Shown in pieces: positions 22,790-35,600 of a stretch of DNA of 64,000 nt (positions within the stretch are counted from its first letter, which is position 1; each line of letters opens with the position of its first letter). Where the stretch lies: contig NMRA01000026.1 of NCBI GenBank assembly GCA_002633005.1, positions 891,073-955,072 of the forward strand, written 5' to 3'. A model generated the notes under the pieces. It had not been told where the DNA came from and searched no databases. It saw only the letters and a program-made list of their open reading frames with translations. This DNA comes from Phoronis australis. Taxonomy: Eukaryota > Animalia > Phoronida. The position numbers were made by a program, and so were the translations under genes.

Positions 22790-24459
22790 AGGAGAAAGCC
22801 ACCCAAAAAACAACCTATTTTGTATGAATTAAGATCGAGTAGCTTTACTCGATAACGGCACGTTCGATTGCGTTACCTGACACCTGACGGCAGACGGAGT
22901 TGTTGAAATTATCCAGTGACGTCATTGGTTTCACACACAGTCTGCTCAGTAGTTCACAACACGGGTTACTGGTGTCAGCTTATCGCTTGAATTCATCGTT
23001 TAACACCAATAAATCATCACACTTCGACGTAAAACCCTTACAAATACATCGAGTTCTTACAAAAAACGTGTTGTTTTATTTCGCTGTTACGGATTTACTG
23101 GTATTTGGACACACCGTAGCCTACAAAATTCGGAGGGCCAATTTACCAAGGTCCATAGCACTGAGGAGTTTGGGGTCTGTTCGAAGTATTCTTCCGTGAA
23201 ATACAGTCAGGAGAACCTAGATCTGTGTTGTTTAGAGTTGTGATTTTTTGAGTTCTAATGACACAAAACGCTTGTTATCCCATCCAGTGGCTCGGAACCC
23301 GATCAGGCCAGTGGCGGCCGTACTGACTCATTATCCCGGCCAGTAGCTTGGAACCCGATCAGGCCCGTCGCGGCCGCCGGGACTGGCACGAACATAAACC
23401 AGCTTGAGTTGGAAACTAAACCTCCAGTCACGAAAAGACTATAATAGTGAGCCAAAGAAATAACGTGTACATAATTATTTTTGTGAATTAGCCACGACGA
23501 AACTGAAAATCTACTTACTTCTCGGGGGCCGCAAAGTCGGGTTCCGCCCCTTCCACAGACCGTCAGGACAAAGGTTGTACAGTAACAATGATTTGAATAA
23601 TGTATTTGTAGTTCTAAATAAAGATTGCCCTAACATATGACCATAGCATATAAAATCGAGTAATTGTTTCACAACAGCTTTCTGTCAGCAAACACTGAAT
23701 TAGCATGCGCTCTCACGGCTTCGGTGCCCGGTCAGGTTTATTCCTTGCTGGCTTCTCAACATTTGCACTCACGAATACTGCCAAGGCATTACAAATTGTA
23801 TCTAATGACACAGACTTTGTTTCAGTTTTATATAAGCATTGGTTAGGATGAGAATAATTAATTTTGAAACAGAACACAGAATAATGAACGTCTACATGGT
23901 AACTCGCCCGGCGCCGATCCCGACTAAGTCAAGACCTCATCCGACGAAGACTTCACGGGTGATCAGATCGTTAAGTTTCACAGGCGATCAGTTCGAACCA
24001 GAATACACTGATCAAGAAATACTAGAGAGGCGCCGTGAATATGCACAGGCAACGGAACGTATGGATAATTCTTTGGTAAGCCGGAATTCGTCAGAGAAAT
24101 CATTGTCGACGAAATGCCGGCCACAGACACGGAGATGTTTCACGGCCTCATAACTTGCTATTAACAACAGCGTACTTTTCATTCTTTACTACCGCGAGCC
24201 ACTTCCTAAGCATTACGAGGAAGTCGATAAAACCATATACCAGCTTTCTTCGCAGCTTCATAGTTCGAACAAGCAGGAACGACGCACCACAATATAGCGG
24301 CATTCACTCTGCAGACGAACCACTGACGTCGCTGGGTGTTTCTCACCTTCCTCGCAGCTTAACGCGACACCTCTCGGCAAGGGCAGGTCGACCGTATAAG
24401 AGGCGATGTATATAAGACCGACGGTAAAAAAGACTAATGAAATCGGGTGGCATTCTCCT
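22790..24459 (+). mobile_element. Non-autonomous Kolobok-type DNA transposon nested in the LINE
   Basis: TTAA TSDs at 22786-22789 and 24460-24463. 15-bp TIRs AGGAGAAAGCCACCC / GGGTGGCATTCTCCT (1 mismatch). Removing it restores the LINE frame (YGL-RSATFAAYK). It carries a QFEPEYTDQE...ERMDNSL coding segment. Confidence 0.8.
23275..23388. repeat. Two ~56-bp tandem units inside the Kolobok-type element
   Basis: TTATCCC..CCAGTRGCTYGGAACCCGATCAGGCC.GT.GCGGCCG occurs twice. Confidence 0.75.
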
Positions 24460-24463
24460 TTAA

Positions 24464-25760
24464 TCCATAGAATTCTAGTATTGGAGGTTGAAAGTTATAA
24501 GTATTACAGAGTTGTTCGTATGACATAAAAGAACCTTCAGCATTAAACAAATCACACACACGATAGACTCCCCTTTCATACCAGATTTTCCGGCTACTAA
24601 CTTTAATCTTTGAATTATACCACAGGGGAGAGTAAATAATATTTTCATTTTTGTCACACATCTGAAACAGGAGAACAACATCGCTTGAAACTTCCTTCCA
24701 GAACAGATTGTCGGTCCCTTCAGCTGTTTTTTTAAGGAAAGCGTCTCCCATTTAAAAAAAATCAACTTACAACCCAAAACTGCCTCTGCAAAGTCACGTA
24801 TGGTATTTAAGGTAAATAGTTTACGAAACCACGATATTTTCAAAGACTTAATAAACTAACATGAACCACTTTTAAACCACCATGATCTTGATATTGTACA
24901 ATTTCATTTCTGCTAACTCTGTCATTCTTCCCATTCCAAATGAAGCCAAAGAAAACTCGCTGTAATTCTTTAATAATGTCAATGGAGGAGCTAGGGAGAG
25001 ATTGAAGCAAATGAACAATCTTGGGCAATAAAAGTGACTTAACCAAGGTTATTTTACCTAAAACAGTAAGAATTCTTCTTGACCACGAACTCACCATTTT
25101 CTTAATTTTCAAAAGCCTGCAACTATAGTTAATACCCGGCATTGCATTATAATCAGTGGAGAAGTTGATAACCAAAAACATGAAAGGTTTGTTGGTCCAT
25201 AACAGGTTCTCACTGACACAAAGTTTTTCCTCAGTCTTTTTTGAACCAATCCAAACACATCTTGTTTTCTCGATGCTTGGCTTCAAACCAGAAAATTTCG
25301 CAAATTGGTCAATTAAATTCAAGAGATGACTCAGAACCGTCAGCGTACTGGATCAATTTAAACTCAGAAACACCTATCCTGATCCCAGTGATGCCACCAT
25401 TCTGACGAATTAAGTTACCCAATATTTCTACACATAATACAAAAAGGTAAGGGAAATAGGGTCTCCTCGACGACAGCCTCTCCCATTTCAAAAAAATCAG
25501 AGAAAAATCCATGTTGGAGAACACAAAAAGACAAGATTTGTTGTAAAGTGTTTTGACCGTGTCAATGAGCCTTGGGCCAAAGTTAAAGTATGATAATGCC
25601 TTGAGGATGAAAGACCAGGAAACCGAGTCGAAAGCTTTTTCAAAATCGATCATTAACAGGAGTCCGGGAAAGGGTTTACAGTCCAAAAATTGAATTACAT
25701 CATATAAAATTCTATTTTCTAATGTTTTTTTCCAATATATCTGATAGATATTTTTGACCA
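24464..25760 (-). mobile_element. L1/Tx1-type LINE reverse transcriptase region, 5'-truncated and frameshifted
   Basis: RT motifs LLMIDFEKAFDSVSW, PYLFVLCVEIL, QYAD (damaged), FSGLKPS and LTVLGKITLVKSLLLPK lie across several frames. Confidence 0.92.
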
Positions 25761-26279
25761 GCTTTCGCTTTCCATACCACACATAAAAGGCATTCAAGCT
25801 ATTTTTAAACATGGCTCGTCAATTCAGAGGCCGCAATCCCCTACTTAATGGCCTTAGTAGACTGAAAATAGGTTACTACTGCTAAGCGTGAATCACAAGC
25901 TCAACAATCTCCAAGAAAGCAAACCACAACCAACTGAGCGTTTTCAACCAGGTTAGGAATGATCAATGACAAAAAAATAGAGGAAAATTTTCCACGTGAT
26001 GTATCGTTTCACAAATAGTCTTGTTTAAATGTACGATGGAAATGTTTTTATTTTATGAAATTTAACTACCAAATAAACGTTTTTTTTTGTATGAATAAAG
26101 CCAAAATAATAAAGATAATAAAAAAGAAGATTCAATTTTTTCAAAAACATAGTTGTGTGGAGCACAAGACTAAATTTCTAACTTCAGTGTTGAAAATAAC
26201 TTTTCATAAAACACACCTATAAGATCAATCATAAGCGAGTACCACTTTCTTTGGCTCACAATTTTGGGTCCACATTAAT

Positions 26280-26627
26280 AAAAAAATATTAAATAAAGCA
26301 ATATTTATTAATAAACAATTAAACAGTATGTACAAGGATGAAATGAGGTCCCTAGGTAGGGTCACTATACAGTTTCCATTAAAAATCGTCTAAAAACAAA
26401 AGTGCTAAAATAGAGGACCTCAGTGCACAAATGCAGTCGTATAAAACTTTTCTATTTGAATCGCGTGGACATGATGATAAAATTACAGATATTTACAACA
26501 ACGCAGACAAGACATCTCGTTCACACAACATGCTACTCCGAAGTGAACAAGCATTCCACGGGTCAGTCACTGAATATGTACAATGCTCCTTTATAGCACC
26601 ACACAGATGAAGGTCCAGCCTTTGCTG
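26280..26627 (-). promoter_or_regulatory. Cyclin B 3' UTR with Pumilio-binding elements, CPE-like motifs and polyadenylation hexamer
   Basis: TGTAHATA at 26582-26575, 26497-26490 and 26334-26327. TTTTAT/TTTTTAAT at 26482-26477, 26446-26441 and 26385-26378. AATAAA at 26309-26304. Confidence 0.7.
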
Positions 26628-29600
26628 TTATTGACATTCTGCGGCCAGTTCTTGGATAAGCGCACACTTCAACTTTGGCGATGTACTGATCTTCATGAAC
26701 TTTGAACTGGTGTACTTTTGACGGATAGCCTGAAAAAAAGGAACAAATGGTCATAAACCTTTCCATTCACATAAGACTAAGCCTGCTTTCCACAAGGAGT
26801 TATCCAAGTGAGACTTTAAAATGGTAATTTAGTAAACTGTAACAGCATGCCAGTCTGCGATTCCATCTTGAATATTTATAACAAATGAAATTTGGTCGTG
26901 TTATCATCACCACTGTTGTTTTGCTTGGAATTTACTTTATTTTGTTACTCGATTTTAGCAAAGACACAGTAAGGTGACCCAATTAATGGCAGTTTGGTAA
27001 AATGTCAAAAACCAAAGTCTGTAGCATTTCTACTTTCAGAAATACATACTTTTACCGAGGAGCAACCCATAGGTTTGTAAATATTTAACTAAATACACAC
27101 TATCAGGCTTGTCAATTACACCATACAAAAATTGGAAGAAAAAATAACAACGATGACCTCCACTTGCACCCCACTTTCAATGCGGGTAACTCACGGTCAT
27201 TTTATCCGTTACCTTCAACTTGCACGTTAATTCTGATTTGGAATGGGGGTTGACACGGATCACACAGACAACTTACAGTCAACTTGCTGGTCTCTGACTT
27301 GACGACAAGGCTGGCCATTCTACTCATTACGGGCCTGAGGTGAGACTCACTGTAGTGACTGTAATGTTGTAGTGTGTCCGTCTGTAACAGATTAGTACGT
27401 GTAAGAAATGAATACACCACCACCAAACTCCCCCCCCCGTTGATGACGTCACCTTGACCCCCACTACCTCACAGGGTCACACGGAGGAAGGAAGCAGTCA
27501 CAGGGTTAAACGTTACAAAAATTGCCAGGTCACATTTTGCAACCTAGCCAAAATCCCGGGTTGCATTTTCAATATTCAGCTTGCAAAAACTTTCAGCCAT
27601 TTTTACGTCATCGTGAGGGATGTTCACTGTTAGTGTCCTTTTGAACACGAGACGTGGCAAAAACCAAATAATGGTCGGATTCACACGAGTTGCATTATAT
27701 CTGCCATGGCAACTGCCGACAAGTGTAAAAATTTGGCTCACATACGTTGGAAATTCCAGGTGCATTTTGCGACTTGGCCAAAATTTCAGCTCGCATTTCC
27801 AAATTTCAGGTCAAAAATGCGACTTGCAGCTGGTTAAGTCTAGCCCTAGTCAATATCTGCTTTCTCAAACTTCTGTCGTTGAAGTTACATTTCCAAGATT
27901 ATTAGAAGAAATCTAATCTGTAATCTCATCAGGGCTGTTCCAGTAAAATCCGTGTGGGAGGGGGGGGACGGCAGTAGAAATAAAAATTCATGGGTGGTGG
28001 TCTTCAGAAAAAAACTCAAATTATGGGTGGTCGTTCCTGTAAAAAGTGATGCATTAAAAATAAGTGGTATTTTTTGACCTGTTAATGTTGACAGGTTGGT
28101 TTCTTCAGTGTCAAAACTCAAAAAATGCAACTGGCATATATCCTGACTTATCCCAATACAAAAAAGCCCATATTGCCAGTGAACAGAGTGCAATATGTTT
28201 GCTAAGCCATTAATCAAGTCATGGGCAACTTGATTTGAGTCAACTGTTTGTCTGCAGTCCTATTGAATTGAAAAGTTATGCAACACTAAACTGGTGTTAA
28301 CACATATAAGAAAATTGATGGTTTTTCAATAAAAAGTATGAGGAGTAAGTTAAACAAGTTCCAATATTCACTTGACATAGAAGTATAAAAGAGTTCGTGG
28401 AGACAGTTTGAGATTCATAGATCCTTATAATTGAAAAAATGTTTATTAAAATTATAGACACATGGTGAACAGAGACACCTGGTGGCTGCCAAAAGTAATG
28501 CTCACAGGCTACTTTAGTTTTTGACAATATTGAACAAGACAACTAGTTCTTGTTTGTCAATCATCTAAGTTCTGAACAGGTCCTCCTGGAGGCAATTTGT
28601 TTGCAATTGTTGGATTTTATATTTTAACCTATTAAAAATAATTAAAAAATTATGGGTCATGGGTTGGAGAAATAAATGAAAAATATGGGCGGTGGGTACG
28701 AAATAAAAGTGCCTTCCCCCCCTCCCATACAGATTTTTCTGGAACAGCCCTCATGAAATCAAGATGAACAGAGCATTTTTATTTAGTACAGTGAAGCCGT
28801 GTTGAAACATCCCTGGCTTACACTTCTTTTATTTTGCAACGTTCCACTGTATTGCATACAGTTATTCTTCAAATATTGAGCACACAATATGGCTGAAAGT
28901 GAAATTCTATTTCGTCAAATTCCTCCACAAAAGATTGAGAAAACTTTTAATAGTCCGTTGCTAGCTTAGTTTGCCCTTTGTAGACGTCATAAAACAACAG
29001 TACGTGAAGTTTCCATTATTTATAGCAAACGGCCTTTGAAAAAAGGAAAAACAAGGATTTTGGCAATTCTTTTTGTACAAATAAGTGGAGAACTAACACA
29101 TGTTGTGCCTTTGCACGCTTTTCTCTTAAATGACAGAAACAAATCATTTAAGTTGCCCGTTCACTTGCTGAGTACGTTCATTTGTTCTGCCACCAATGGA
29201 ACAAATTAAAGAGCACGGCTCAACAATGCTAAGCATTGCTCAGCACTTTTCAAACAGGGCTGGTCACAACATGAGAGAACACTGCTGATCCAACAACACC
29301 AATGCAAATGATATACATCTAGTGGTGTTGAAATCTATAAATGGGCGCATAAAACCAGTCATTTACAAGGGTACAGCATATTGAGAACCAGCAGAACAGG
29401 CATCATACTGGTTTTCAATACGCGGGACCCCTGCAAGTGACTGTAGCAAGTAAAAAGGTACGCACCCAATCAGCTTCGTCCAGCACCTTGATGGCAAGGC
29501 AGAGGGCAGCAGCGGCTATCTCGGATGGATGATATTGCACCAGCTCGTAGTCGACTATTGTCAGTTCACAAAAATACTTGGCCATGGTGTGCATTGTGGC

Positions 29601-32600
29601 GTCCACCTGTCAAAGAGTAGAATGTGATTTGATGAGATACTTCGCTCAGAGTGTAACCTGCCAACACTATAGATGGTGCTACTGTAAAATCTCGCCAGTT
29701 CAAGATACAGGAAGTCTGTCACCTGAATTTTTTCATGTTTTCAAAAATTATACACAGCACCAGCTTGATGCTTTGACATATCTAAGTTCTGTATCATAGT
29801 TACCAACAGACAACATTTCAAAACCACGTCAAAAACATTGCTGTAAACCCCTACTGATGCACCATCTTTGATCATACGTCAAAGGGTCAACCCACTGACT
29901 GCCTTTTTTTCGAGGTGAATAACTAACTACTGATTCTCGTTACACAAAGTTCAACAACATCTTTGGTGATGAGTACAGACTTTCAAGCAGCTTTAGACAA
30001 AAAAGTGGGACACGTCTTCAAAAAAGTCGGGATGCTTGAAAGCCTGTGAATAGCAAGCAAACTAACAGATTCCTATTACAACAGGGCTTGGAACGACCAA
30101 AGACAAACTTCCCACTCACAAGTACCATCTCTCCAGTGTGTCTATGTGATTCAGTCTTGTGAATATATGGTGCAACACAAACCGGGAATACAATGCACGA
30201 CATTTACCACCCTCAACCATGATGCAAAGACGAATACCTGTCCAGCTTTAGAATTCCTCCTGAGGAAATGCAGAGGCAGCGGTCGACCCATGCTGAAGTC
30301 GAGCGCATTCAGTATTAGGCACTCCATCTTGCGGATGTCTGACTTATCATAGGCGTTGTCCGTGATGTAGACGAAGTCGGCGATCTCTGGCGCGTACATC
30401 TCCTCGTATTTGGAGGCGAGCAACATGGCAGTGACGCCAACTAACTGCAGCTTGCCCTTTGACACTTCATGTACCTGTAGGAAGCGGTCGATGAGTGCCA
30501 CGGTCAGGTAGAGCGTCTCCTGTAGCAGGTGGAACCTGGAGTGCACCTGTACCAACCAGTCGACCAGGATGCCGCGCATGCGGCCATTGATAGCGTAGCC
30601 CTCCATGTAGTGGGCGCGCACGCACTGAGTTCTCTAGAAAAATGAATGACATCAATATTATCATGATAAGATTTGAATAGGGGGGCACTCAGTGTTATAT
30701 CTGCAGGGCTTGACAACAATGCAGGGGGCGGACTCCTTAACATTCTTCTAAAATTGACCTATCGCAAGCTCCACCCCCTTGCAAAATGTCGACAAGACAA
30801 TGAGTTTTACCCAGTAACGTTTTTTGTCGGGTAAAATGGCAGCTTGGAAACGAAGGTGTGTCAAGAATGCTGCGTTCTAATTGGTGAGTTAAGCCGTGAC
30901 TCAAAATCCTGCCGATAGGTCAATTGGTGGCATTATGGTAAAATCCTGTGGCTAGTACCCCACCTCAAATGGCCAAATTCTGGTTTCTTGCCAACCGATC
31001 TCCATGAAATTCACCAAGCCGAAGTGTTTGGGACCTCACCACAGTATATATTTGGTACCTAATGAGGACCATGTAACTTTACATCCTTCCCATGTCAAGA
31101 ACAACAGTCCATCTGCTTATAGAATCAAGAAAGAAACCCATTCAAGGTGCTTTTTGGACAACGCGAGAGAACTTTATGAAAGCAGTCACATTTCAAATTC
31201 CAGCTCTTTAAGCACTTGTAACTCTACAAACAGTAGCAACTATTCTAAAATTTCAGACAAGATTTACTGCCACAATTTACATTTTCCACTCGCGTTAGTT
31301 TGTTACACCCACTCATCATGCAGAATAAAAACCTCGATTTTTAGTCCCAAATAAAGTTTTCGATGGAACTGAAAACCTGGTAATTGAAACAAGGGTCCCG
31401 TATTTCGAAAACCAGTTTTCTCTACTGAGTAACTGTCATCAAACTAGTTATCAAAATCCGGGATGCCCGTAAGTGAATGTTGCCGAAAACCTTGCTCTTA
31501 GAGGACAGACCTACCTCAAGTTGCCTCATGTAGTCGTAGATGTCATTGACGTACTCGCTGACAAGTTGAGGGTTGTCACCATCGTTGGCGTCAATGTCCT
31601 CTACGTTTGCTAAGTGACTCTTCATTATAGGCTCTACCTCCATTGGCGACACCGACTACAATGTAAAGTACAAATCTTTTGAAGACTTGGTCTTCAGATG
31701 CACCCATTAATGCAGCTGTGTTTCATCATGTTGCTTTCACATTTACTGAGAATAGAAAATATCTACTAAGTATAGTGCAATACAACTTCCATGACATAAT
31801 TGTAAGTCTCTTTGACAAGATTTACAAAGAACCGTAGTGACACCTACATGCAGCATTCTTTGTCAGCCGGACCAGGCTAAAAAAGAGCCAGTTATTTCAA
31901 GAACTGGTCAATCACTGCATGCATTCTATTTCTGCGAAAAATGATAATTCAGTTCAATTCCAGGTGGAGGTAGTGTGGCCTAGTGGTAGAGCTGAAACTT
32001 CCCAAACTAATGATTGCCAAGTAGGTCTCTTGTGCCATAAGAGTGTGAATACAAAGTTAAGTGAAATAGCTTTCAATTTCCATACTTACCTTCTTAGACA
32101 CCTTGTCGAGCGCAAGACTGGCTGTATTCCTCGACATCTTGGGCTTGTTAATATTCGCCTTGACGAGCCCCTACCAAATTCCAAAAACAAGTCAACAAAT
32201 GCAACTGCAATACAAGTGCAGACGTTTTGGCGACACTTATTTCTGCGCGTTTTGTTGCAAATTCACTCGATGCTAGTCTGCTCAGGCAGCCTTGGGTGAG
32301 TGAGAACCAATCTAGAATTGCCATTGAACAAAGCATGGGCTGTGTCATTCGATTCAGCGGAAACTAGCTGGAAACACCAGGCAATGCAGTCCAGCAATCA
32401 AATGTTAGGATTAACTAGAGTGCCACAACAAGTGTTCTCGGTCACCTCTTAATTAATGTGTTGCCGTGCCCAGTTTTTGAGACACATTTTAACAGGCTTC
32501 CTGATACATTTTGATTATTAGTTGTGAATGCTACAGCTTGTAAATAAAAATTGTAAATGTGCAATAAATTTAAAATTATGGTCACGTAGGACTTAATCTA

Positions 32601-35600
32601 CAAGTTTTGCATTAATCACCAAATACCTACAACATTATTTTAAAAGTACACATCTGAGTGTAGAATTTGATTTTTGACAATCTTCCATTAATTGGGAAGA
32701 GTGATCATGTCTTCTTTGTAATTTAAAGTAAAAAAGGAAATGCACATTCAGGGCTCGACGCTATTAAAATCGCTAGGTCGCATTTTGCGACCGAGCCAAA
32801 ATCCCAGGTCGCATTTTCAAAATCCAGCTCGCATTCGTAAATGCCAGGTCGCAAANCTAAAATTGACCTATCGCAAGCTCCACCCCCTTGCAAAATGTCG
32901 ACAAGACAATGAGTTTTACCCAGTAACGTTTTTTGTCGGGTAAAATGGCAGCTTGGAAACGAAGGTGTGTCAAGAATGCTGCGTTCTAATTGGTGAGTTA
33001 AGCCGTGACTCAAAATCCTGCCGATAGGTCAATTGGTGGCAGTATGGTAAAATCCTGTGGCTAGTACCCCACCTCAAATAGCCAAATTCTGGTTTCTTGC
33101 CAACCGATCTCCATGAAATTCACCAAGCCGAAGTGTTTGGGACCTCACCACAGTATATATTCTATTCTAAAATTTCAGAAAAGATTTACTGCCCCAATTT
33201 ACGATTTTCCACTCATGTTAGCCTGCACCACAAGTCCCGTAGGCTTCTTACACTCACTCATCATGCTGAATAAAAACCTTGATTTTTCAGTCCCAAATAA
33301 AGAATTTTCGATGGAACTGAAAACCTGGTAATTGTAACAAGGGTCCCGTATTTCAAAAACCAGTTGTCTGTGCTGAGTAACTGTCATCAAACTAATTATC
33401 AAAATCCGGGATGCCCGTAAGTGAATGTTGCCAAAAACCTTGCCCTTAGAGGACAGACCCACCTCAAGTTGCCTCATGTAGTTGTAGATGTCGTTGACGT
33501 ACTCGCTGACAAGTTGAGGGTTGTCACCATCGTTGGCATCAATGTCCTCTACGTTCGCTAAGTGACTCTTCATTACAGGCTCTACCTCCATTGGCGACAC
33601 AGACTACAATGTAAAGTCCAATTTTTTTTTTAGACTTGGTCTTCAGATGCACCCATTAATGCAGCTGTGTTTCATCATGTTGCTTTCAAATTTACTGAGA
33701 ATAGAAAATATCTACTAAGTATAGTGAAATACAACTTCCATGACATAATTGTAGGGCTCTTTGACAAGCTTTACAAAGAACCGTAGTGACACCTACATGC
33801 AGCATTCTTTGTCAGCCGGACCAGGCTAAAAAAAAGAGCCAGTTAATTCAAGAACTGGTCAATCACTGCATGCATTCTATTTCTGCGAAAAATGATAATT
33901 CATTTCAATTCCGAGTGGAGGTATTGTGGCCTAGTGGTAGAGCTGAAACTTCCCAAACTAAAGATTGCCAAGTAAGGTCTCTTGTGCCAATAAGAGTGTG
34001 AATACAAAGTTAAGTGAAATAGCTTTCAATTTTCATACTTACCTTCTTCGACACCTTGTCGAGCGCAAGACTGGCTGTATTCCTTGACATCTTAGGCTTG
34101 TTAATATTCGCCTTGACGAGCCCCTACCAAATTCAAAAACAAGTCAACAAATGCAACTGCAATGCTAGTGCAGATGTTTTGGTGACACTTATTTCTGCGC
34201 GTTTTGTTGCAAATTCACTCGATGCTAGTCTGCTTAGGCAGCGTTGGGTGAGTGAGAACCAATCTAGAATTGCCATTGAACAAAAGATGGGATGTGTCAT
34301 TCGATTCAGCGGAAACTAGCTGGAAACTCCAGGCAATGCAGTCCAGAAATCAAATGTTAGGATTAACTAGAGTGCCACCACAAGTGTTCTCGATCACCTC
34401 TTAACGTGTTGCCGTGCCCAGTTTTAGAGACACGTTTGAACAGGCTTCCCGACACATTTTGATTATTAGCTGTGAATGCTACAGCTTGTAAATAAAAATT
34501 GTAAATGTGCAATAACGTAGAAAATATCTGAAACTAAATAAGGCGATCCAGATCCTCCCAAGGATACTATTGTTTCATGAAATGAAGAATATAAATCGGT
34601 AAATAAAACAACAAGAATGGATCAACTGAAATTTGAAATTTTCGGAGGTAACAACTTCCTTTATCAACAAAAACAGAAATAAAGTAAAATCAAACACAAA
34701 ATGACAATTGACATATAAGATACGGTGTAATGAAAATGATACATTTTTGCGTAAAAAATTCAATGACATATTTTAAGAAGTTTTTATGTTCAATCCATGA
34801 GGTTCTATTGTATTCAGTTTGTCTATCCAATATTGTTCTCTTTTAAGTCTGTGAGGGGTACTGGGGTGTTGGAGTTTTTCTATTATTTGTACAGAAAGAT
34901 CTTGAATATTATGGTTTTTGGAATTGAAATGATTACCTACAGTATCAGAAATGTTTTTATGTATTATGTTAAATCTATGATTACGAAACCGAGTTTGTAG
35001 ATTATGTTGAGTTTGTCCTACGTATTGGATAGAACATTTTTTACAAGTTATAAGGTAAATAATATTGTTGGTGGTGCAATCAGAATAATGTTTTATTTCA
35101 AAGTTTTCATTGGTTTGGGAAGACTGGAAAAAAGTGCTATCGTTGATGAAGTTACACATTTTACACCTAGTTTTGTTACATTGTGTGTTGCCAATAGGTT
35201 TGTCAGTTTGGTGTATATTGTCGATATTAGCTTTAACTAAATAATTTTTTAGATTTTTACATTTTCTCCAAGAAATTATAGGGGGATGAGGAAATAGGTT
35301 TTTCATTTGAGGGGAAATATGCAGTGTAGAAAGATGTTTTTTGAAGACGTGGCTAATTCCGTTTAAACATGGATTGAACATAGTTATGAAAGGTATTCTA
35401 TTAGTAGTATTGCCTTTAGTTTTAGTTCTTAAAGATTCATTTCGAGTAATTGAGCGGACTTTGTCAAACTGTTTGTGTATAAGATGTAAGGGGAGATGAC
35501 GTTGAATTAGATAGTACTTGAGTTCTTTTAAACGGTTATTAAAGGAAGTTTCTTCTGAACAAATGCGTCGAATTCTTAGGGCAAGGCTATATGGAAGGCT

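Noticed and set aside
34773-35381. Stand-alone GIY-YIG homing endonuclease gene
   Set aside because: The frame continues upstream into a Penelope RT thumb, so it is a truncated retroelement. No intact hammerhead core was found in its tail.
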